Part shown: positions 1-5,200 of the stretch, one piece after another
How the letters are laid out: each line of letters opens with the position of its first letter
How positions within the stretch are numbered: the stretch's first letter is position 1
NCBI GenBank assembly: GCA_049973735.1
Contig: JBMFJL010000031.1
Span: forward strand, 1-6,581
Direction: 5' to 3'
From: Nanopusillaceae archaeon
GTDB taxonomy: Archaea; Nanobdellota; Nanobdellia; Nanobdellales; Nanobdellaceae
Length of the DNA: 6,581 nucleotides
Notes under the pieces: model-generated
Database searches by the model: none
The model's input: the letters and a program-made list of their open reading frames with translations, nothing else
Told to the model about the DNA's origin: nothing
Made by a program: the position numbers and the translations under genes

Positions 1-345
1 GGAAAACTTGTAGATAATGAAGGAAAAATAATGGAAGAAAAGAAGGTAGAAATTAAAGAAATAGTTCAAGAGGTAGTAGATGAAAACTATAATAAGATAT
101 TAATAGAATATAGGGAGAAAAATAAATTGAAGCAATCAGATATGGCAAAACTATTGAAAATAAAAGAAAGTTTATATAAAGCTTTAGAAAGTAAAAAAAT
201 AATTCCAGATTTAAATTTAGCTAAAAAGATAGAAAAAATATTAAATATAAAAATAACAAAAAAAGAAGTATTTACCGAAAAGGTTAAAACTAATAAAAAG
301 CAAACAGAAGTAACTGTTGGAGATATATTAAATTTTGAAGAATGA
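1..345 (+). CDS. mbf1: Archaeal MBF1-like helix-turn-helix protein (multiprotein bridging factor 1 / XRE-type HTH), probably 5'-partial at the window edge
   Basis: The track ORF starts at ATG 31, but the same frame is open back to base 1 (GKLVDNEGKI, no stop). The core REKNKLKQSDMAKLLKIKESLYKALESKKIIPDLNLAKKIEKILNIKI fits the cro/C1-type HTH of archaeal MBF1. The C-terminal TVGDIL resembles the conserved T-[LIV]-G-D tail of archaeal MBF1. No CxxC zinc ribbon is visible in the window. The TGA stop overlaps the next start (ATGA). Confidence 0.65.
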   Translation, partial: GKLVDNEGKIMEEKKVEIKEIVQEVVDENYNKILIEYREKNKLKQSDMAKLLKIKESLYKALESKKIIPDLNLAKKIEKILNIKITKKEVFTEKVKTNKKQTEVTVGDILNFEE

Positions 346-932
346 TCGAATATTTTTTATATCTATTTTTTGAAGCATTAATATTGAATTTTATACCTAT
401 GTTTGGAGCACCTTTTGTTTTATTAGCAGTACCAGTCTTAGTAATCTTAGGAATAAATATTTACAACATGTTAATTATATCAATTATACTAGGGTTGGGT
501 GCAGCCTTAGGAAAAACTTTAATGTATTATTTAGGGTATATTTTTTCTTTTAGTAGAAGAATAAGGGAAAATAAAAACTTATTATTAGTTAAGAGATTTT
601 CTAAAACAAGAAATTTCAAGTTAGCATTTTTTCTTACGACATTGCTACCTATTTTTCCATTTGACGATTTCCTAGCTTTAATCCTTGGAATGCAGAGAGA
701 AAAATTTATGATATATTTTATTCTTTTAATAATTGGAAAATTTTTGAAGTCATTTGTTGAATTAATCCTATTAGTTTATGTGTTACAACAAATATCAGTA
801 ATTGTAGAAATACCATTATTTGAATTATCAATATATTCAGCAATAATCTTTTTACTTATGAGCTTGGCCTTATTTAAATTAGATTGGGAAAAATATATAA
901 ATAAATGGAAATTAAAGAGGAAATACGTATAA
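342..932 (+). CDS. Polytopic membrane protein, DedA/VTT-superfamily YqaA-like (tentative)
   Basis: 196 aa with several hydrophobic spans. The N-terminal FIPMFGAPFVLL followed by GLGAALGKTLMYYLGY, and the later LLPIFPFDDFLALILGMQREKF...IGKFLK, match the two reentrant-loop regions of YqaA/DedA proteins (compare E. coli YqaA LLPGNSEV...GNSLGG...MPVVGDLLCLLAGWMR...LGKALRY). The start overlaps the upstream stop (ATGA), and the 3' end overlaps the next gene by 28 nt. Confidence 0.6.
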   Translation: MIEYFLYLFFEALILNFIPMFGAPFVLLAVPVLVILGINIYNMLIISIILGLGAALGKTLMYYLGYIFSFSRRIRENKNLLLVKRFSKTRNFKLAFFLTTLLPIFPFDDFLALILGMQREKFMIYFILLIIGKFLKSFVELILLVYVLQQISVIVEIPLFELSIYSAIIFLLMSLALFKLDWEKYINKWKLKRKYV

Positions 933-1486
933 TAGGAATTGATGATGGGTATTTTGATAAAGAAAAGGATAACGAAACCATAATAGTTGGAGTAATAATG
1001 AGAGGATATAAACAAATTGATGGAGTACTATCAAATAAAATAAAAGTAAATGGTTTTGACGTTAATGATAAAATAATAGAAATGATAAAGAGAACAAAAC
1101 ATTATAATCAGTTAAGGGTTATAATGACGAATGGTGTTTCATTTGGAGGATTCAATTTAATAGATTTTGAATATTTATATAGAAATTTAAATCTACCAAT
1201 AATTTCTGTGGTTAGAAAAAAACCAAATTTAGAAAATTTTTTAATTTCTGCAAAAAAAACTGATGACCATGAAAGAAGAATAGAAATAATAAAAAAATAT
1301 CCTGAACCATCTTATGTTGAAACAAAATATGGAAAAGTTTATTTTCAATCTTATGGAATAGATATAGATACTGCTAAAAAAATAATAAAACTAACTGCAA
1401 GATATTCAAGAATACCAGAACCAGTGAGAATTGCACACCTTATAGCAATGGGAATAACAAAAGGATATTCAAGAGGAAAACCATAA
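905..1486 (+). CDS. DUF99 / UPF0215 family protein (archaeal, endonuclease V-like fold, function not established)
   Basis: 193 aa. N-terminal IGIDDGYF, then VGVIMRG...IDGV, a central NGVSFGGFNLID, and a C-terminal IPEPVRIAHLIA. This is the typical motif series of the archaeal UPF0215/DUF99 family (MJ1150-like). Confidence 0.85.
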   Translation: MEIKEEIRIIGIDDGYFDKEKDNETIIVGVIMRGYKQIDGVLSNKIKVNGFDVNDKIIEMIKRTKHYNQLRVIMTNGVSFGGFNLIDFEYLYRNLNLPIISVVRKKPNLENFLISAKKTDDHERRIEIIKKYPEPSYVETKYGKVYFQSYGIDIDTAKKIIKLTARYSRIPEPVRIAHLIAMGITKGYSRGKP

Positions 1487-1510
1487 AAATATATTTGATA
1501 ACTTAAGGAT

Positions 1511-2983
1511 ATGGTGGATCTAAGCATATTTAAAGATTGGAGAATTATCATTTTCTTTGCAGTATTAATTGCAGCGATCATATTTGATATAATAGCTTTG
1601 ACAGATAATCATGTAAAAGTTGTCAGTAGTCCGGTATTAAAAAATGATACCTATATTTATTCAATTAATGGTTGTAAAGTTACTTCTTTAGATACATATT
1701 ATACATGTTTATATCAAAATCTGGATGCTCCATTAATGACAATAAATACGGATAAAGGAGATATTGTCCTAGAACCACAACAATATGAATACCTACTAAA
1801 TTATACAAATGTCACATATGTATCGAGGATTTCGTATGGAATAGATATAGCAGGAGGATATTTACTAATTTTAAATTCTTCTACTCCATTATCTTATCAG
1901 GAAACTCAAATAGCAGCTCAGGTAATTGAAAATAGATTGAATTCTTTTGGTGTTAAGTCTATAAATGTTTATCCAACATCCGAAGGATATATAGTTGTAG
2001 AATTACCATATTCTGAAGGCCATTTGATTCCATATATAATACAACAGGGTAATTTCTACGCAAAAATTGGTAATACTACAGTATTTACAGGATCCCAGGT
2101 TAAACCATTATTTGGAGGACAATATTCAGGATTATTGGGTTGTGTTCAAGTACCCTCTGGTTATTTATGTAGATATTATTTCACTTTAATATTGTCTCCA
2201 GAGGCAGCTCAGAATTTTGCTAAAGCTACGGAAAATTTATCAGTAGTTTTGCAGGGAGGAGGATCTTATTTAAGTGAACCAATTGTATTTTACTTAGATA
2301 ATGTTAATGTATCAACTTTGATGATTGCCGCAAATTTAAAGGGACAGGCAGCGCAGCAAGTATCTATAGAAGTATCGGGTGTTGGAAATACACTAGCAGA
2401 GGCACAGAAAAATGCATATAGGGAAGCGCATAATCTGTACATCATATTGCAAAATGGACAACTCCCATCTAAGTTTAATATTGTTCAAGAATCTGTAATT
2501 CCGCCAATATTTGGACAATATGTACTATCTTCTATAGTTTATACAATTATATTTACAGTTATTGGAATTATAGCAATATTATTCCTAGTTTATAGGAGAA
2601 TTGTTATACCACTACTGATGCTTTTAATTCTAATATCTGAATTCGCAATATCTATGGCAATAGGTATACTATTGAATCAAACATTTGATATTTCTGCATT
2701 TATTGGTATTATCTTTGGGCTATCTACAGGTATAGATGATCAATTAGTAGCTACAGAGGAAATTTTAAGGGCAAAGCCGGTGAATCAATTAGATAAAGCA
2801 ATAAGTAAAGCAATGTTTATTATACTGTTAGCTATTATACTAGAAATAATATCTGTGCTTCCAGCATTTGTTGCGGGTTTATCATTGTATAGGGGATTTG
2901 CAGTTATGGTAATAATTACAGTACTAACAGGTTATATAATAACTAGACCGGCTTTTATAAGTTTAGCAAGAAGATTATTATAG
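1511..2983 (+). CDS. secD: Protein-export membrane protein SecD (archaeal type)
   Basis: 490 aa. One N-terminal TM segment is followed by a roughly 300-aa extracytoplasmic domain containing GIDIAGGYLLIL...AAQVIENRLNSFGVKSINVY...QQGNFYAKI (compare archaeal SecD GLDISGG...RLNALG...QGVFEA). The C-terminal five-TM bundle carries the SecD/SecF signature GLSTGIDDQLVATEEILR. Confidence 0.8.
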   Translation: MVDLSIFKDWRIIIFFAVLIAAIIFDIIALTDNHVKVVSSPVLKNDTYIYSINGCKVTSLDTYYTCLYQNLDAPLMTINTDKGDIVLEPQQYEYLLNYTNVTYVSRISYGIDIAGGYLLILNSSTPLSYQETQIAAQVIENRLNSFGVKSINVYPTSEGYIVVELPYSEGHLIPYIIQQGNFYAKIGNTTVFTGSQVKPLFGGQYSGLLGCVQVPSGYLCRYYFTLILSPEAAQNFAKATENLSVVLQGGGSYLSEPIVFYLDNVNVSTLMIAANLKGQAAQQVSIEVSGVGNTLAEAQKNAYREAHNLYIILQNGQLPSKFNIVQESVIPPIFGQYVLSSIVYTIIFTVIGIIAILFLVYRRIVIPLLMLLILISEFAISMAIGILLNQTFDISAFIGIIFGLSTGIDDQLVATEEILRAKPVNQLDKAISKAMFIILLAIILEIISVLPAFVAGLSLYRGFAVMVIITVLTGYIITRPAFISLARRLL

Positions 2984-3805
2984 CTTTTCAAAATATTCTT
3001 TCATTTTTAATGCATCCTGCTCTATATTTGGAGATTCTGAGATAACTATACCTTTTACATTAAAATCTTTAAGTAGTAATAATATATCTTTCCACGGAAT
3101 ATCAGATTCATCTAATACAGTATGAGTTCCTTTTTTATCCATCAAAATTCCAGACATGTGTATATGCATATTACTTAAAACATCTTTTCCAAGTTCATCT
3201 TCAATTCTTTCTAATACTTCGACAAAAAATTCAATATCATTTCTATTGTATCTATATCTTAAATGAGCAAAGTCTATAGCGGGTAAAACATTTTCTATCT
3301 CTTGAGACAGTTTAATTACTTCATCCAAATCCCCAAATTTATTGTTCATCTCCATTGTTTCAGGCCTTATATATATTTTTATTCCCTCATCATTCAATCT
3401 ATCTACAACTTTTTTCAATCCTTCTTTAATCCTTCTATATGCTTCTTCTTTACTAGATTTCATATACCAACCAGGATGAAAAGCTACTGAAAATCCACCT
3501 GCTAAATATGTTATTTTAGCACTTTGATATAACATATTTATAGATTTTTCAAATTTTGATCCTTCACTATTAAGATTTATATAATAAGGAGCATGTGCAG
3601 TCAATACAAACTCTTTATCTTTGATATATTCTTTTATTTTTTCTGCAACTTCTTCTTTTAATTTTACTCCATATGTAAACTCTAACTCCATTCCTTCTAA
3701 TTTTAATTCCTCATAAGTGTACACTAATCCGCTGAATGTATCTCGCTTGGGGGAAGATAAAGGTACACCTGCAGGTCCAAATACCAATTTTTTAAATTTT
3801 CTCAT
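2978..3805 (-). CDS. nfo: Endonuclease IV-like AP endonuclease family 2 / xylose-isomerase-like TIM-barrel protein
   Basis: 275 aa starting KLVFGPAGVPLS, as in archaeal EndoIV-like proteins. Candidate equivalents of the Nfo metal ligands appear in order: TAHAPYYINL (His), AFHPG (His), IRPETME (Glu), AIDFAHL (Asp, His), HIHMSG (His), MDKKGTHTVL (Asp/His, spacing differs from E. coli D-R-H), VISESPN (Glu). Confidence 0.7.
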   Translation of the reverse strand: MRKFKKLVFGPAGVPLSSPKRDTFSGLVYTYEELKLEGMELEFTYGVKLKEEVAEKIKEYIKDKEFVLTAHAPYYINLNSEGSKFEKSINMLYQSAKITYLAGGFSVAFHPGWYMKSSKEEAYRRIKEGLKKVVDRLNDEGIKIYIRPETMEMNNKFGDLDEVIKLSQEIENVLPAIDFAHLRYRYNRNDIEFFVEVLERIEDELGKDVLSNMHIHMSGILMDKKGTHTVLDESDIPWKDILLLLKDFNVKGIVISESPNIEQDALKMKEYFEKL

Positions 3806-3811
3806 ATTTTA

Positions 3812-4543
3812 TTATATTTTCCTAAATAGTAATAAAAATTCTGTATGGACTAATTGAAAGTTTATTGGTCTTAATACTTTATTTTTTTCATACTTCCATT
3901 TTCTGACAATATTTTCATACATTCCTTCAAAATAAAATAGATTGTTTTTTTCTAAAACTCTAAGTACTGATGTTATGTTCGGTAAAAATATAACCAAGTA
4001 TCCTCCGAATTTTAAAGCATTATATGCACTTTCTAAAACTTTTTCTGGCTCAGCTATATCTAGTACTATTAAATCTACATTTTTTTCTTCAATTCCTTCA
4101 GTTATATCTTTTAATTTTAAATCAACAAATTCTATTAATCCAATCTTTTCTAAATTTTTTTTAGCTATTTCATAAAAATCTTTTCTTTTCTCATAAGAAT
4201 ATACTCTACCATCTGGTTTAACTAAATTCGCTAAGTATGAAGTTAAAATACCAGATCCAGTACCTCCTTCTACTATTTTCCAACCTTTTTCAATCCCAAC
4301 TAATGATATTAACAATCCTATATCTTTTTGATGGGTAGATTGTGGCCCTCTTTTTAAATATTTTATTAAATCATTAAAATTATCATCTAATATTAAAAAT
4401 TCTTCTCCTAAATGGGATTTTATAATTTTTTCATTGCTTTTATTTAGATCTTCTTTTCTTATTACTCCAAAATTTGTATGAAAATCCCTATTAACATCTT
4501 CTATATAAAATACTTTTCCAGTTTTCCTGTGTATTAATATCAT
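3812..4543 (-). CDS. trmI: tRNA (adenine-N1)-methyltransferase TrmI (m1A57/58; Gcd14 family)
   Basis: 243 aa. SAM motif I is IVEGGTGSGILTSYLA, followed by GRVYSYEKRKDFYEIAKKNL. The catalytic-region LDIAEPEKVLESAYNALKFGGYLVIFLPNITSV aligns with Thermus TrmI LDLMEPWKVLEKAALALKPDRFLVAYLPNITQV. The C-terminal VHTEFLLLFRK compares with GHTAFLVALRR. Confidence 0.85.
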   Translation of the reverse strand: MILIHRKTGKVFYIEDVNRDFHTNFGVIRKEDLNKSNEKIIKSHLGEEFLILDDNFNDLIKYLKRGPQSTHQKDIGLLISLVGIEKGWKIVEGGTGSGILTSYLANLVKPDGRVYSYEKRKDFYEIAKKNLEKIGLIEFVDLKLKDITEGIEEKNVDLIVLDIAEPEKVLESAYNALKFGGYLVIFLPNITSVLRVLEKNNLFYFEGMYENIVRKWKYEKNKVLRPINFQLVHTEFLLLFRKI

Positions 4544-4544
4544 G

Positions 4545-5156
4545 TTACCATCCTATTATTTTAGTTATACCGCCAATTACAATTTGAACAGATATACTTA
4601 GCAATATCAGAGCTGCCAATCTATTTAATATAATTAGATTCTTTTTTCCGAATTTTTCTAATATGGTTCTGCCAAAATAGATTATTAGATAAGAAACTAG
4701 AAATGCTGAGGACATTGACAAGAATAGATAAAGCATATTTAATTTTTGGGATGTATAGATGAGGGTTGTTGTAATAACACCAGGACCAGTTATTAATGGT
4801 ATTGCCAATGGAGTTACTATTATATTTTCAACTTCATTACCATTCTTATCTTTTATATTTATATGAGAGGGAATATCTTTTGTTAATATTTCAAATGCAA
4901 TATAAAATAAAAATATGCCACCAGCAATTCTAAATGCATCTAGATCAATTCCCATGATGTTTAAAAAAGGAGTACCGCCTAAAAATATTATAAACCACAC
5001 TAAATATGCTATAAGATATGCTTTGTTAATTGCGTATTTTCTTTTTTCCTTTTCTATGTCGAATGAATCAAATATAGACTCAAATATAAATATATTTGGT
5101 AGTGTTCCCAGTATAATTAACATTGTAACGAATATGCTACCATAGTTTAGGTCCAT
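4545..5156 (-). CDS. MarC family (UPF0056) integral membrane protein
   Basis: 203 aa, about 6 TM segments. Family hallmarks are present: AFRIAGGIFLF and PLAIPLITGPGVITTT. The stop is separated from the trmI start by a single nucleotide (TAA-C-ATG on the minus strand). Confidence 0.85.
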   Translation of the reverse strand: MDLNYGSIFVTMLIILGTLPNIFIFESIFDSFDIEKEKRKYAINKAYLIAYLVWFIIFLGGTPFLNIMGIDLDAFRIAGGIFLFYIAFEILTKDIPSHINIKDKNGNEVENIIVTPLAIPLITGPGVITTTLIYTSQKLNMLYLFLSMSSAFLVSYLIIYFGRTILEKFGKKNLIILNRLAALILLSISVQIVIGGITKIIGW

Positions 5157-5200
5157 TATTATGATTTAGTTTTTAAAGATATTTAAAAATTCATAGATTT
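5157..5200. promoter_or_regulatory. Divergent promoter spacer between the MarC-family gene (-) and lysS (+), with back-to-back TATA-box-like elements
   Basis: The 44-nt spacer contains TTTAAAGA (5172-5179, + sense), starting 29 nt upstream of the lysS ATG. On the minus strand, TTTAAATA (complement of 5180-5187) starts 31 nt upstream of the MarC ATG. Both match the archaeal TATA consensus TTTAWATA or come close to it. Their spacing predicts transcription starts at or next to the start codons. No Shine-Dalgarno-like purine run is seen in the spacer. Confidence 0.4.

Noticed and set aside
31-932. Small XRE-type HTH protein followed by an overlapping gene, read as a toxin-antitoxin or abortive-infection pair
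   Set aside because: The HTH protein carries the MBF1-specific C-terminal TVGD tail and an MBF1-like helix pattern. The partner is a DedA/YqaA-like polytopic membrane protein, not a toxin fold. The ATGA overlap is the norm throughout this window.
776-1015. Minus-strand ORF of 79 aa from the track
   Set aside because: It lies entirely antisense to the DedA-like and DUF99 genes, and the peptide is low-complexity (Ile/Phe/Tyr/Asn-rich) with no motif. This is the typical shadow ORF of an AT-rich coding region.
1216-1259. A7 (1216-1222) and A8 (1252-1259) homopolymer runs as possible programmed frameshift or phase-variation sites
   Set aside because: The DUF99 frame reads straight through both runs (RKKPN, AKKTDD), and family motifs are conserved on both sides. 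Such runs are the expected Lys codons in this composition.
1260-1305. C box-like CTGATGA (1260-1266) with a downstream CTGA (1302-1305), possibly a C/D box sRNA
   Set aside because: The span is only about 45 nt, and there are no internal D'/C' boxes or terminal stem. The C box lacks the preferred purine at its 5' position. The sequence is in-frame coding for DUF99 (TDDHERR).
1351-1581. Minus-strand ORF of 76 aa spanning the DUF99/secD junction
   Set aside because: It is antisense to two well-supported genes and has no recognisable motif. The hydrophobic, low-complexity translation is expected from the reverse complement of Lys/Glu/Ile-rich coding sequence.
2341-2420. Locally GC-rich patch (GGGACAGGCAGCGCAGCAAG...) that stands out from the AT-rich background, possibly a structured RNA
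   Set aside because: It is short and in-frame, encoding the Gly/Ala/Gln-rich segment KGQAAQQVSIEVSGVG of SecD. No tRNA-like stems or flanking non-coding sequence are present.
1511-2983. Possibility that the 490-aa protein is a fused SecDF
   Set aside because: There is only one large extracytoplasmic domain and one set of about six TM segments with a single GxxxDDxxV-type motif. The length fits SecD alone.
3360-3393. Minus-strand ATGATGA (complement of 3387-3393) with CTGA (complement of 3360-3363), possibly a C/D box sRNA
   Set aside because: The boxes are only about 34 nt apart, too short for a C/D'/C'/D architecture, and they lie within the coding sequence of the endonuclease IV-like gene.
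3302-3490. Plus-strand ORF of 62 aa inside the endonuclease IV-like gene
   Set aside because: It is an antisense shadow ORF. The opposite frame carries the ordered Nfo-type metal-ligand motifs, so that strand is the real gene.
3942-4175. Plus-strand ORF of 77 aa inside trmI
   Set aside because: It is an antisense shadow ORF. The minus frame contains the SAM-binding GGTGSG motif and TrmI-specific blocks.
4915-5145. Plus-strand ORF of 76 aa inside the MarC-family gene
   Set aside because: It is an antisense shadow ORF. The minus frame carries the MarC hallmarks FRIAGGI and ITGPGVITTT.
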